A program made the translations under genes and the position numbers. A stretch of 64,000 nt of DNA from Lytechinus pictus (Eukaryota): the NCBI RefSeq assembly GCF_037042905.1, contig NC_087251.1, forward strand, positions 40,364,001 to 40,428,000, written 5' to 3'. The notes under the pieces are model-generated. The model searched no databases, had not been told where the DNA came from, and saw only the letters and a program-made list of their open reading frames with translations. This document shows positions 38,721-51,915 of this stretch, piece by piece (position 1 is the first letter of the stretch; each line of letters starts with the position of its first letter).

Positions 38721-39188
38721 ATAAACAATAAAGAGGCAATTTTGTGATTGTTTGTTTACCATTTAAAATTTTCATTTTCCCAAGGTTCTCCATAATATTC
38801 CAGATATACGTGTCACATAACGTGTATAGATCGTGTATGAAGTCCTTATTATGTATGAGCGGAAGTGAGCAGATCGAATAATATCACATAAATCGTCTGC
38901 TTCTCAAGTTTGCTGCTCCAAATATGAAGCATGTTTATTGAAAGGCATTATGTTGAAACAGGGCATCAGCTAACAAAAATCAAGACATGTTTTCTTCTGG
39001 GGCAAGACACGAGAACAATATTGAAAATAAAAAAAACTCAAAAGCAACAGAGCGAAGCGACCGAGTTAAGTGATTAGATACACCTTGGTAGTCATGGTAA
39101 TTGCTATTGTCATGACACCTGAATGTTCTCATTAAGATGCACAAAGCAAGGTGACGATGACTATCATTGGATCAAAGAAATGCTCGCG

Positions 39189-39790
39189 TTAAAGGGATGG
39201 TCCGGGCTGAAAACATTTATATCTCAATAAATAGAGTAAAATTCACAGAGCAAATTGCTAAAAATTTCATCAAAATCGGATAACAAATGACGAAGTTATT
39301 GAATTTTAAAAGTTTATGAATATTTTGTGAAAACAGTTATATGCACATGTGAATGAATATTAATTATGTGGGCTGATGATGTCACATCCCCACTTTCCTT
39401 TTTCTTAGGTTATTACATGAAATCATAAATGTTTCATTTGTTCATACATGTGTAAATGATGTGTCTCCATTATGATAAAATAAGTTGCAGCAATGAATAA
39501 CCAATGCACTTAATCAGTTGTCAATCCAAATGTTTTAGTTCTAGGAAGAAAAATTTTGTTTCATTTATATTATAAGAAAAAGGAAAGTGGGGATATGACA
39601 TCATCAACCCACCTAACGAATATTCATAAAGACATGCCTAGAACTGTTTCACCGGAATAATGCAAATCTTTAAAATTCAATAACTTCGTTCTTTGTTACC
39701 CGATTTTGATGAAATTTTCAGTATTTTGCTCTGTGAATTTTACTATATTTATTAAGATATAAATATCTTCACCCTGGACCATCCCTTTAA
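39189..39790. mobile_element. Family A TTAA MITE, full copy
   Basis: TTAA|AGGGATGGTCCGGGCTGAA ... TTCACCCTGGACCATCCCT|TTAA. Confidence 0.92.
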
Positions 39791-40179
39791 TCGTCCATCT
39801 CAGACAGAGCTCTCATTCATTCTGATTAGAATGACTATAGCGCCACCACGCTACCATGCTATCAATTTCATTTCATTTCGTTCGATATCATTTCCAAAAA
39901 TACCCCCCCCCCATCTGATGCCCTTGAGTGCAGTGACCTTGTGTCACTTTCATTGGCTGATTAATCATGAAAAATTGAATAACCCACTTATTAGATTGTT
40001 TTCATCACTCTCTTTTGGTATTTTTTGTTTATTTTTCTAGATAACGGCCATTCAAAGATTCTTTACTGTATTGTATACGACGATTGACTGATGAAGCACA
40101 TTATGTTTCTTAATCGGTCTACAATTGTTTGATATATATGCAAATGAACATATTACATAAAAGAGGAGGAGAGATAGAG

Positions 40180-41461
40180 GTGTGTGTGTGTGTGTGGGGG
40201 GGGGGTGAAGCCTTGCTAGGTCAGCTAATCCCAGCATCAGGTTTGTGTGGGGGTGGTGGTGAAGCCTTGCTAGGTCACTCACCAGCCGCGAGCTAACCCC
40301 TGCATCACGGGGGTGTGTGTGTGGGGGGGGGGCGGGGGTGAAGCCTTGCAAGGTAACTCACCAGCCCCTAGCTAACCCCATCATCACGGTGTGTGTGGGG
40401 GGGGGGGAGGGGTCAAGTCTTGCAAGGTCACTCACCAGCCCCTAGCTAACCCCCAGCATCACAGTGTGTGTGTGTGGGGGGTGAAGCCTTGCTAGGTCAC
40501 TCACCAGCCTAGCTAACCCCAGCATCAGGGTGTGTGTGTGTGGGGGGGGGGTGAACCCTTGCAAGGTCACTCACCAGCCTAGCTAACCCCCAGCATCACA
40601 GTGTGTGTGTGTGGGGGGGGGGGGGTGAAGCCTTGCTAGGTCACTCACCAGCCTAGCTAACCCCAGCATCAGGGTGTGTGTGTGTGTTTCGTGTGGGGGG
40701 GGGGTGAAGCCTTGTAAGGTCACTCACCAGCCCCTAGCTAACCCCCAGCATCACAGTGTGTGTGTGTGTGTGGGGGGGGTTAACCCTTGCTAGGTCACTC
40801 ACCAGCCTAGCTAACCCCAGCATCACGGTGTGTGTGTATGTGGGGGGGGGGGGGTGGTGAAGCCTTGCAAGGTCACTCACCAGCCCTTAGCTAACCCCAG
40901 CATCAGGGTGTGTGTGTGTGGGGGGGGGGGGGGTGAAGCCTTGCAAGGTCAATCACCAGCCTAGCTAACCCCAGCATCACAGTATGTGAGTGTGTGTGTG
41001 TTTGGGGGAAGGGGGTGGTGAAGCCTTGCAAGGTCACTCACCAGCCCCTAGCTAACCCCCAGCATCACAGTGTGTTTGTGTGTGTGGGGGGGGGGGGTGA
41101 AGTCTTTCTAGGTCACTCACCAGCCCCTAGCTAACCCCCAGCATCACAGTGTGTGTGTGTGTGGGGGGGGGGTGAACCCTTGCTAGGTCACTCACCAGCC
41201 TAGCTAACCCCAGCATCACGGTGTGTGTGTATGTGGGGGGGGGGGGGGTGGTGAAGTCTTGCAAGGTCACTCACCAGCCCTTAGCTAACTCCAGCATCAC
41301 GGTATGTGTGTGTGTGGGGGGGGGGGGAGGGTGAAGCCTTGCAAGGTCACTCACCAGCCCCTAGCTAACTCCAGCATCATAGTATGTGTGTGTGTGTGGG
41401 GGGGGGGGGTGGTGAAGCCTTGCTAGGTCACTCACCAGCCCCTAGCTAACCCCGGCATCAC
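40180..41461. repeat. Composite minisatellite, about 17 units of about 75 bp
   Basis: Constant GGTGAAGCCTTGCWAGGTCACTCACCAGCC(CC)TAGCTAACCCCAGCATCAC plus a variable (GT)n and poly-G linker. Confidence 0.95.
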
Positions 41462-41699
41462 TTGACACTATGGTAAATCCACATGGCCAATCCAGCATCG
41501 TGTTTTACAATTCACGGGAATCCTACAACCATCGTAATACTATCCACCAAAAATTCTGACCCAAATATTTATCATATTTATTGGAGTCGATTGAAGTTAT
41601 TCAATCCGCTTGAAATAGAAGATGGCTATGAGAAGATGAGCTTAGGGGATTTTGGATGGACATGGAAGGATAGGGAGGATATTAAGAATTAACATATGA

Positions 41700-42012
41700 C
41701 GAGCTTGATTCCAAAAGGAGCTAAATCCACTTTTGACCAAAATTGATTTTTGATACAAATATATGTATCTTAGACGTGGGAATCAAAATTGAATGCAACA
41801 TATCGCGTTTCATTTTTTATGAAAGGTTGGTAAAAATTGATTTCAGATTTGAGCTAAATCCCAAACAGTTTTGTTCCAAATGGATGCATTCATTTTTAGG
41901 TACATGTTGTGAATACAAGTTCACAACATCAGTGCAAATTTTGATGAAAATAACAGAATTTTAGCATTTTTATGAATATTTTTGGATTTAGCTCCTTTTG
42001 AAATTAGATATC
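41700..42012. mobile_element. Inverted-repeat-bounded MITE-like segment
   Basis: CAAAAGGAGCTAAATCCA (about 41712) and TGGATTTAGCTCCTTTTG (about 41983). Confidence 0.55.
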
Positions 42013-42423
42013 GGAAAGTCACCGTCCTTAGAAAAGATGACAAACTATCCTTTTTTTTCTTGTTGTAATTTTCAATGGATAAACATCAGAAATGATTGTT
42101 GGCTCATTACGCCACTGGGACAAACCCTTCAAAGAAACAAACAAAAATCAACATATTTTTTTCTAAAACTCCCAAAATGAGTACAAATTTCGACTTATTA
42201 TTGTAACTTTTTTCCAACATGTCGAGAACCCCAGTGAAAATAAGCTTTATTGCTTTTTTGCAAAATTTAATACTGATCTGTTATGGTTATATTTTTTAGG
42301 TGTATAAATCCATTGTTATGGTGTTGTTTGTTGCTTTGTTTTAATTTAAACTTGGCAAATTAAGTAATTCCATGTTTTACTTGAGAACTAATTATTATAT
42401 TATTATCTCATCTACTATGTTAG

Positions 42424-42652
42424 TTACAGTTCAAGTCCACCTCAGAAAAATGTTGATTTTAATAAATAGAAAAAAATCAAACTAGCATAATGCTGAAAAT
42501 TTCATCAAAATCGGATGTAAAATAAAGAAGTTATGACATTTTAAAGTTTCGCTTATTTTTCACAAAACAGTTATAAGCACAACTCAATGACATGCAAATG
42601 AGAGAGTCGATGATGTCCCTCATTCACTATTTTTTTTAAAATTGTTTGAAAT
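42424..42652. mobile_element. Family B TTAA MITE, left-end fragment
   Basis: TCAAGTCCACCTCAGAAAAATGTTGATTT and GCTGAAAATTTCATCAAAATCGGATG. Confidence 0.75.
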
Positions 42653-42944
42653 ATAGACTTTCAAGTCTGTATTTTCCGGTTTGATATTGATATACATTTT
42701 GCTCTGATGGATAAAAATTAATATAAAGTAATGTAAAAATTTGTATTTACCCGATATTGTATCATATTAAAAGAAGTCGTTCTTCTAACGATTTACTGTG
42801 AACTTCTAAGGATTTATTGTGAATAATAGCCATATTATCTGCAAGTCTCATGCTAGGACTCATTCTCATCAGCTAAGGGATCATATTCAGTATGATCAAG
42901 GCGACCTATGAAGAATTATTATTTATAAAATTGTTAATTATATA

Positions 42945-43628
42945 CACAACAAAAAGGTAAGTCTCCCCTTAAACAAATATCCATAATTTCTGAACCAGGA
43001 GTAGTTTTGAAAATCTTTTTACATGGGCGTGTACGTAATTTTATAAGCTACCCTCTGAGTGAATGTTAACGACATATTTTATGTCATCCTCCGGTATGCA
43101 CCGACAGAAGGCAAAATTGTCCCTTTTAAAATAAAAAGCCTGATATCATGATTTTAATTCCATTTATCGGAATGATTCCACATTATCATCATGAAAAAAT
43201 GTCCAGAAGGCTCGTAAAAGGTACTTTCTAAAAGACGATACAGAAACAACTTGAAATTTTTGCTAAATTTCATGGTTGAATAAACAGAGGTCAAAATTTG
43301 CTATAATTGGATGTTTTACACATTTCTATCGATAAAAATGATCGAATGTGATGACATTTATTTTTGGCAAGAGTATCTTCAACAGTATAACAGCATTAGA
43401 ACCATAAAATTAACCAAAAACAACGTTCGCCCAACTTTGTATTTACGCAATCTGAAAAAAAACTCTTGTGACACAAGAGTCATGCATGACTCAACCGATC
43501 AATCTCGTTTTTTTTCTCAGGAGTTGCTTAATGGGTGTAGAAAACCACCTTCAACATATTATATCTCAAAATGATTCCGTTCAAAAGTTACAGCATTTTG
43601 ATTTAGGGGAACTTACTTTTTTGTTGAG
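42945..43628. mobile_element. TA-target Tc1-like non-autonomous element
   Basis: TA|CACAACAAAAAGGTAAGTCTCCCCTTAAA ... TTTAGGGGAACTTACTTTTTTGTTGAG|TA. Confidence 0.7.
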
Positions 43629-44553
43629 TACATAATCATTATTTAACAAACATTACCTATCTTAATGAAAGTAGATGCACAGTTCTTCTCAAATTCCCAT
43701 TCTTTACTTAGAAATATAATAATTCATACTTTGTTGGAAATGATTATGATACACTTTTCATGAAGAATGGATTACAATTATATTTTCATAACGAAATTTG
43801 ATGAAGAGTTATATATAAACGTGCATAATATACAATCATTACTTGTGAATAATGGGTATTGTTTGTTAAATAATTAATGTATGATATAAAATTTGGGTGT
43901 AAAATACTTTTACAATTCACAAGTTAAACGATTTAATAAAATGCTATGTAAAATGTCCAGTATTGCCCTGAAATTAACATTTTCATTTTGTAAATTATTT
44001 CTTCCTCTGATTTCAAAATCCTATTTAAAAAAAGGAAACTGTAACTAATCTATTAAAATATGTCTTTACACTATGTCTCCTTGCAAGACTCGACTCATCA
44101 TTGCTATTATCGTCATAATACTCTTCATTTACAGGAATTCTAATTATTGTGATGTGTTTTTGTTTTCTTGTTTTGCATTTTCTTGTATTTACAAGGAAAT
44201 ATGATTTTCTATTTATACATCCCTAGCACTGCTTGATGCTCCTTTTTTAACACTTGTTCAGTAATATTTAGAACCATAATCAGCAAAGTAGATTGATTAT
44301 CTTGAAGAGAGGGATCGTTCAAATCAGTTCAAGGACGCTATGGCGACGCCGGTATAAAAGTATTAGGAATACTTCCTTTATTGTATGATATCAACCTGAG
44401 TATACAAAGATCATGAACATATATCATATTATGGTAGTGTGCTTAACGACATCCTGCATTATAATACAAGTAGTAGTAGAATCATATTGAGGTTTCTTCC
44501 CCCTGCCCTCAAAGCCAGAATTGGAGGGGTAAAGAATATTTGTTGTAAACAGT

Positions 44554-44694
44554 GAAGTGCTAATTTAGCACTTACAGTGCTTGTATAGTGACTGCACTAC
44601 GCGTGCTGACTGTCTAGTTCAAATTTGAACTAAAAAAATCAGCACTCGTAGTGCAGTCACTATACAAGCACTGTAAGTGCTAAATTAGCACTTC
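44554..44694. repeat. Spacerless palindrome of about 140 bp (mini-MITE)
   Basis: Arms of about 70 bp, centred on TAGTTCAAA|TTTGAACTA. The right flank TTTTTACAGTG|TA is MITE-like. Confidence 0.9.
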
Positions 44695-46706
44695 GTTTTT
44701 TACAGTGTATAGTGTCATGCCACTTGAAATAATTTTCCCTTTCATTATTCCTTTTCTACCACAAGACTCGACTTTGCTCTCCTCCTTTTCTTCGTTTTAT
44801 CCTTTCCTATTTCTTTATTCTCGTTTTTATCTCTTCCGCGTGGGGCGGGCGGGGATGGTCCTGCTTATGTATATATAAACAAATACCTGTGGGAATTTAT
44901 ATTTTAACAGTACAAGTCTGTAATATTTGAATTATTCAACAAGGCATGTTTCCCTTACTAAGCAGTAAAACGAGTATTTAAAAAATGATGTAACCCCCCC
45001 CCCACACACACACACTTTTTTTAAGGGATTGTTTTGAAAGACTGGTCAATCGCGTGGTCAAACGTATTTAGGGTATTTTTTCCAAACTTTTTTTAAAGAC
45101 TAGCCAACGTGTTTAGGGTATGTTTTTCCCCGGGACTTTTTCCTCCTCGTTTCTGAAAAGTGTTCGGTATTTTAACCCTAACTGCACTGGGGGGGGGGGG
45201 GGGGGGGGCATGCATTACCCATGAATAAAGTTTAGTCTTTAAGTTTACTGTTAGCAAGTTGACAAAACTTGTTTAGGGGTCATATTCTGGCGGCAACTAG
45301 TTTAGGGGCCAAAATGTGTAAATGAAGCCCGCGAAAAACTTGTTTAGGGGGTTATTTTGCACACAGAGAAAAGCTCGTTAAGGGGGTGTTTGGAAATAAT
45401 TTGGTCACGCATGTGTACAGCGATACAATTATTTACTCCCCCCCCCGGATGTAAGCGACATTTTGCATTTTTTGTTGAATAGTGAGTGATAGCCATGGTA
45501 ACTAGTCTGCTGAGAGATTTCTGGACAGACTGTAAGCCGTAACGTGACTCTTATGAGAGAGCCGCATGTTTGGTGTGTCTTGTTCAAATACTTCAAATTT
45601 TCTACGTGGTTTTACTGCTCTGACAACAAAATATGAAACCACAAACGGGAGCGAAGTTACCTGTACAAGAGCTCTGATTTTATGATAGATATCACAGAAG
45701 TTACTCCTTATGCATGTCTAGCGAAATTCAAATACATATAGTATGTAATTCATTAAATTAGTTTTATTACAGGTTTGGTGAATTTATAAGACTACTCATT
45801 TAAAAGTTAAAGCGCATGTTCACAAAGGAAATTAATACCGATTACCAAAGAGAAAATTTTCAACAACAACTACAACAACATCACCAACAACAGGGATAAA
45901 AAGCAGGACTAGAACATTAGCATTAGCATTCCTGCACATTAGCAAAGGAAATGGCAGATATGAAGAAAATAGAAAACTATCATAATCAACTAGAACTATT
46001 TCACACCACCGAAAGCAAAAGCATGTAAAAGCGTATCAACGTGGTACTTTTGCAGAAAATCAATGCCTAAAATAAATATCCTATTGTATGAAATAGATTT
46101 ACAAGAGCCACTCGTTGGCACACACAAAATAAAACTGAAAACTCATCCACGAAAACAGAGAAACAACAGCATTGGGAAGAAAAAAATGCAAAAAAGACGG
46201 GTAGAACGGTAACGTGACATGATGATATATAAAGAGCGAATATGATTGGTGTATTGGCAATGAAAAAGAAAATAATAATTGGTTGAATTTGAAATTGAAT
46301 TGAAAGAAGAGAAAATACTTAAAAGAACAAAACGAAGAAAAAATGAGGTACATGATATGACTCATCTAGCCTTCAGATGGTCACTAATGATTGAGTTCTT
46401 GTACAAAATATGTAAGGCAACCTGAAATCTCAAGATGTCTTATATGGTCAAACAAACTCAAAAGATTGAAAAAAAAGTTTCGTTACAAGTTGGTAAACGT
46501 GGCGATTTCATGTATGTTTCAACAAAGTCACTTCTTGATCTTATGAAACGATTGAAGACTTCGTAATCTCTTCATAAGTAGTTGCCATGGTAACCAATAC
46601 ACCTGATCAAGAAGATGTCGATCCTACAGCACGTGCATACCATGTGTTGCCAAGGCATGATAGAAGGTATTTCGAACTAATCAAACAGGAGTCTATCGGA
46701 GGACCG

Positions 46707-47094
46707 ACTCAGAAATTCCTCTTCAAAATCGTTACGTTGTAAAACGATGATATAATTAAAGACACAATGAGAGAAGCTTGATGTTATAAGAACAAAGAGA
46801 GAGAACTCAGAAATTCCTCTTCAAAATCGTTACGTTGTAAAACGATGATATAATTATAGACACAATTTGAGAAGCTTGATGTTATACGAACAAAGAGAAA
46901 GAACTCAGAAATTCCTCTTCAAAATCGTTACGTTGTAAAACGATGATATAATTATAGACACAATTTGTGAAGCTTGATGTTATAAGAACTAAGAGAAAGT
47001 ACTCAGAAATTCCTATTCAAAATCGTTACGTTGTAAAACGATGATATAATTATAGACACAATGAGAGAAGCTTGATGTTATAATAACAAAGAGA
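46707..47094. repeat. Tandem repeat, 4 copies of 98 bp
   Basis: ACTCAGAAATTCCTCTTCAAAATCGTTACG... starts at 46707, 46805, 46903 and 47001. Confidence 0.95.
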
Positions 47095-47506
47095 CTGTTG
47101 AGGAAATAAGGGCCATTCTAATTCTTCATCTTCAGGAGCAAAATGAAAACAACGAAATATATTTCTACTTTTTCTATATACCAATTTGGTTTGGATGTTG
47201 TTTTAATGGTAATGTCTAACGGGGGGGGGGGCTTCAAGGTTGAAGTATGCTAACAAAATACAAATTATGCACCACACCTGGCTCATTGCATCATCCATTG
47301 AATGTCCATTTTTGTTCAATGGATAGCATGGACTCAGCTGATTATTCTGATGTGTTGAATGATTGTTTTAGTGGCCCAAGCATGGAGAAGTGTGCGCGCA
47401 GCGCTTTGCAACCAAAAGGAAAAGGCTCTGTATCAAAATGTCCATTGGATTGGATTGGAAGCCCCATCCCCCCAGCTATGGCGGTCATAAGTTACAGAGT
47501 ATCTAT

Positions 47507-48153
47507 ATTACTACTACTACTACTACTATTACTACTACTACTACTACTACTACTACTTTTTTAGGTGTACACCGAGTTACCAATAATCCATATAGCATTT
47601 CCATTTATTTGAATGTAGGACAAAAGAGCAATGTCGATTAAATGCCATGCTCACGGTCATAGGTGCCGCAGCCGGGGATCGAACCCCAGACTTTCCATAT
47701 ATAGCCAGGCGCCTTAAGGCCACCGCACACCTTACGACTGTTCGCGATCCGATTTTGGAACAAATTGCATTTTGCTCATTTTCTGAAAATGTGAATGGAA
47801 CATATCATTTTATTTGATTTTTAAATTAATTGAAAGAATACTAATATAGCAATTTTGAAAGATTGTAAGCCTTTATTTCGGAGTAAAGGCCAAATTAGTT
47901 TCTAATCGTAGCCACTCGTACGACTGCTATGACGTCATTACGACTAGATATTAAATTCGCTTTTATTCGAAGAAGGATGATAGTATAGTCACATATTTGA
48001 AGATATGTATTCGTATGATGATTTCGAACATTACACAGTAAGATATTCCAAGTCTCAATGTTAGCATCAAATTCTACTACAATTTATTCTAAAATTGGGT
48101 CGCAGACCAATCGTAAGGTGTGCGGTCGCCTTTAGACCACTCGTCCACGGCAC
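47507..48153 (-). mobile_element. tRNA-derived SINE ending in (TAG)n, split by a Harbinger MITE
   Basis: Rejoined minus strand: GTGCCGTGGACGAGTGGTCTAA|GGCGCCTGGC...GGGGTTCGATCCCC. The body matches 20547-20693. Confidence 0.8.
47717..48131. mobile_element. PIF/Harbinger-type MITE (415 bp), TTA target duplication
   Basis: TTA|AGGCCACCGCACACCTTACGA ... TCGTAAGGTGTGCGGTCGCCT|TTA, with an imperfect TIR of about 60 bp. Confidence 0.88.
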
Positions 48154-49121
48154 GTCCCCGACATGTAAAGCACATCATCGATAATCATTATTTCACAACC
48201 TCTCCGAGCACGTATAGTCCTAAAGATAAAGTAATCTGGTGTGACTTTTAAACAAGGGTATGTCTTATACCATACAAATAACACTTATTAAACTATGAGC
48301 ACTCTTTTGGCAAAGAGTATATCATTCATTTGGCATTATATCGTGTGTCAACCCGCGAGAATCTACATAAAGAACCTACGCTTTTCAGGAGAGTTACCTT
48401 TTCATTCCATTGAGTTTTTGTCATATTTTTGCCATACATTGTAATTGAATTATTGAGAGTCGAAAGTGAAATAAATTCTTTATCAATAATCAAGTGTTAA
48501 TTGTATAAATGTATAGTAGCTGAACTGCATGACATCGATGCTAGCGACAGCGACGACGATTGTGATGATGACTACGATTGAAGGTATATGGTTATATAGT
48601 TGTGTCTGTGTTGGACGTTGGTGGAGAAGATAATGGTGGTAATGAGATGAATATAAGTATAGACATAAACTCCCCGGTAGACTTTTATCATTATGATTCT
48701 GTTTAATCCTACTTTGTATGGAACTTTCATAATCTTAAAACAGCTTTTTCAACTTTATCGAATGTGGACTGTTATACCGCACGTTTGGGTATAGTCTTAT
48801 GCTTCAGGGGTTATTTATCTTTTTTTTCTGTTTTCTTACTTTATTGTGTGCTTTTTAACAAATTCAAGTCTTTTCATGAAATTTCAAGGAATTTCGTTTC
48901 ATTTCAAATGTTTTGGTACAGGCAAATTATGAAATGATTACCCCCCCCCCTATACTGCGTGTGGATATATAAGATATATTATATTTTATATTATATTATA
49001 CCTTTATATTAATGTTACACTAACCATGGTAACTACATAGATTTCAAACCGACCGATATCGTAATAAATTAAATTTAGATGGGTCTAGAGTCTGTTTAGT
49101 TTGTGTGACTGTAGAATAGAA

Positions 49122-49929
49122 ACCCGGTGGGTGTTTCATAAAGCTGTTCGTAAGTCAAGAGCGACTTTACATGTTTAAGAACGACCGGTGATACTTTCTT
49201 GTGGAAAATGGTATATTCATATTGGCGAATGATGGTTAAGCGCGGAAGAAAGGGTCATCAGTCGTCCTTAAAGTCACTCTTAAAGATATAGTTCGGGCTG
49301 AAAATATTTATATCTAAATAAATATAGTAAAATTCACAGAGCAAAATGCTGAAAATTTGATCAAAATCGGATAACAAATACCGAAGTTATTGAATTTTAA
49401 AGTTTATCAATATTTTATGAAAACATGCAATTATATATGCACGTCGTCATGAATATTCATTAGGTGGGCTGATGATGTCAGATCCCCACTTTCCTATTTC
49501 TTAGGTTATTACATGAAATCATAAATGTTTCATTATTTCATATATGTGTAAATGATGTGTCTCCATTATGATGAAATAAGTTGCGGCAATAGATAACTAA
49601 TGCAATTAATCAGTTGTCAATCCAATTGTTTTAGTTCTTGGTAGAAAATTTTTGAATAAACCTAATTTCATATAATAAAATATAAAAGAACAAGTGGGGA
49701 TATGACATCATCATCTCACCTAATGAATATTCATAAAGACATGCCTCAAACTGTTTCACCGGAATAATGCAAATCTTTAAAATTCAATAACTTTGTTATT
49801 TTTTATCCGATTTTGATCAAATTTTCAGCATTTTGCTTTGTGAATTTTACTTCATTTATTGAGATATGAATAGTTCCAGCCTGGACCATCCCTTTAACTT
49901 ACGAACAGCTTTATGAAACGGCCCCGGGT
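49122..49929. mobile_element. Small host MITE (about 190 bp once the nested element is removed)
   Basis: Left GTTTCATAAAGCTGTTCGTAAGTCAAGAGCGACTTTA is the inverse of the rejoined right end TAAAGTCACTC[TTAA]CTTACGAACAGCTTTATGAAAC. Confidence 0.85.
49280..49897. mobile_element. Family A TTAA MITE nested in the right TIR of the host MITE
   Basis: TTAA at 49280-83 and 49894-97. Right end AGCCTGGACCATCCCT. Confidence 0.92.
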
Positions 49930-50915
49930 CAGGTATATTTCTGTCAGTCTTTGCTTATCCTCTTGAGTGACCATGGAGTCAACTGTAGTAGGTCCATGAT
50001 ATGACTGAATCATCTAGCATTGAACACTTCTAATTTGGCATTATCCCGTTTCCTGTATTAGTTGGATTTCCATGATATGACGTCATTCCACAAGTAGCTG
50101 TTATACTCATTTCTTGAGACCCGAGGATAATTTTATATCAAGAAAGTGACGTTTTGCTGCTAAATAGCATGATTAATAATGCGCTGTTGAGTATATGCTT
50201 TTTTAACAATCGTTATTAATATTATGATTATTATTATTGTTATTATTATCATTATTATTATTATTACTATTACTGTTGTTATTTCATTACATTTGGTTTA
50301 TTTCCATTTCCAACGTTTACAGTGTAATTTGCCCTGCAAAAACTCAGGTGTTGATTTAACACCAGCCCGGAATTTATATATGTCTACACCAGAGAAGTAT
50401 TCTATATGTTCTGCGTACAAACTTATATAGCCAAGATTATCATACAAACAGGTAGGGTGCTGCCCCATATTAATAATATTCATATAAAAACACTTACCCC
50501 CCAAAACCGACAAGTTTAACAACAACTTGAGCATAAGTTAAATGTATATTTAGGGAAAAGATGAAAACAAGGAAGAGAAATGAGAAAAGAGAGATTGAAA
50601 GTCTCCAGAATCTTGCCTGGTACTCGCAACGAATCTCACTGATGAACAGGATAAAGAGAGCATGCATAAGTGTACGTAAGGCTATCCATGCTATATCCAA
50701 AATTATGAGTGTTTGAATGGTGAGGAGTTAAACCAATTAAGATGATGATGAAAGAAAAGAAAAGATGAAAATCCATATTTTATACTTCGAAAAAGACATG
50801 AATATGAACATTTGCTTTGCCCAATTGATCGAGGGCCCGACAGCCGCTGTGCAGCGCCAGATCGACGAGGCTCTATCGCCAAACAGGTTAGCAGCAACTC
50901 CGGCCATCTTTTAAC

Positions 50916-51417
50916 GTATTTTTTTCTTAATTTCACAAAACAGTTATATGCACATCCTGGTTGGTATGCAATGAGGAGACTGATGACATCTTCCACTCAC
51001 TATTTCTTTTGTATTTTATTATATGAAATATGGAATATTCTATTTTTCTCCTCATTGTCAAGTGAAACAACGATTAATTCCTCCCTGAACATATGGAATG
51101 GGCATTGTTTAATGCTATATGGTTCAGTCAAGTTGGATTTTATGATTAAGTTGGTCCTTATTGTCAAATATATAAAAAATGAAATATTGTATAATTCAAA
51201 CAATAAAAAACATAATAAATAGTGAGTGAGGGACATCATCGACTGTCTCATTTGAGTTGTGCATATCACTGTTTTGTGAAAAATAAGCAAAAGTTTAAAA
51301 TGTCATATAACTTTCTTATTTTACATCCGATTTTTATGAAATTTTCAGCGTTTTGCTAGTTTGATTTTTCTCTTTTTATTCAAATAAACATTTTTATGGG
51401 GTGGACTTGACCTTTAA
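50916..51417. mobile_element. Family B TTAA MITE, left-truncated
   Basis: Ends GGGGTGGACTTGACCT|TTAA and is colinear with other family B copies. Confidence 0.82.
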
Positions 51418-51726
51418 ACCTAAATTTTAAGAGTCTAGGCTTTAGAGTTTACCAACGCCTTCTTCTGTAAAAACAATATTATATCTAGGTAAGATGTGTA
51501 TATACATTTGCTCCGGTCTTAATATCTCAGAGGGCATAGAGTTAGAGTTAGGATTGTTGAGAATAATGTGAAGATAAGGATAAGGGTTTATTTAATTTTG
51601 GAAGTTAGATTTTATGTTTTGCTTAACGTGCAGATTTTTCATCGGAACAACTTGAAAGTAAAAAATTATATCATGTTTGTGAAGAAATTCAATATTCTTG
51701 TATAGATTACCATTTTTTTTTCTTGT

Positions 51727-51915
51727 ATTATCATTTTTATTATTATCAATATTATTATCTTATCATTATTATTTATTATCATCATTATTGTTATTATTAT
51801 CATTGTTATTATCATCATCATTATTATTATTATTATTATTATCATTATCATCATCATCATTATCGTTATTATCAGCATTTCCATGATGATTATTATCATT
51901 CATAATTATTATTAT
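51727..51915. repeat. (ATT/ATC)n low-complexity microsatellite
   Basis: Directly visible. Similar tracts lie at 50221-50280 and 54005-54135. Confidence 0.9.

Noticed and set aside
38111..38731. 206-aa ORF
   Set aside because: Mostly overlaps an interspersed repeat also present at 6850-7247, where the long frame is not preserved. No domain motifs.
40180..41461. CRISPR-like repeat-spacer appearance
   Set aside because: The spacers are simple (GT)n and poly-G, there are no cas genes, and the DNA is eukaryotic.
51666..51905. Ile/Leu/Tyr/His-rich ORFs
   Set aside because: Translations of a trinucleotide microsatellite.
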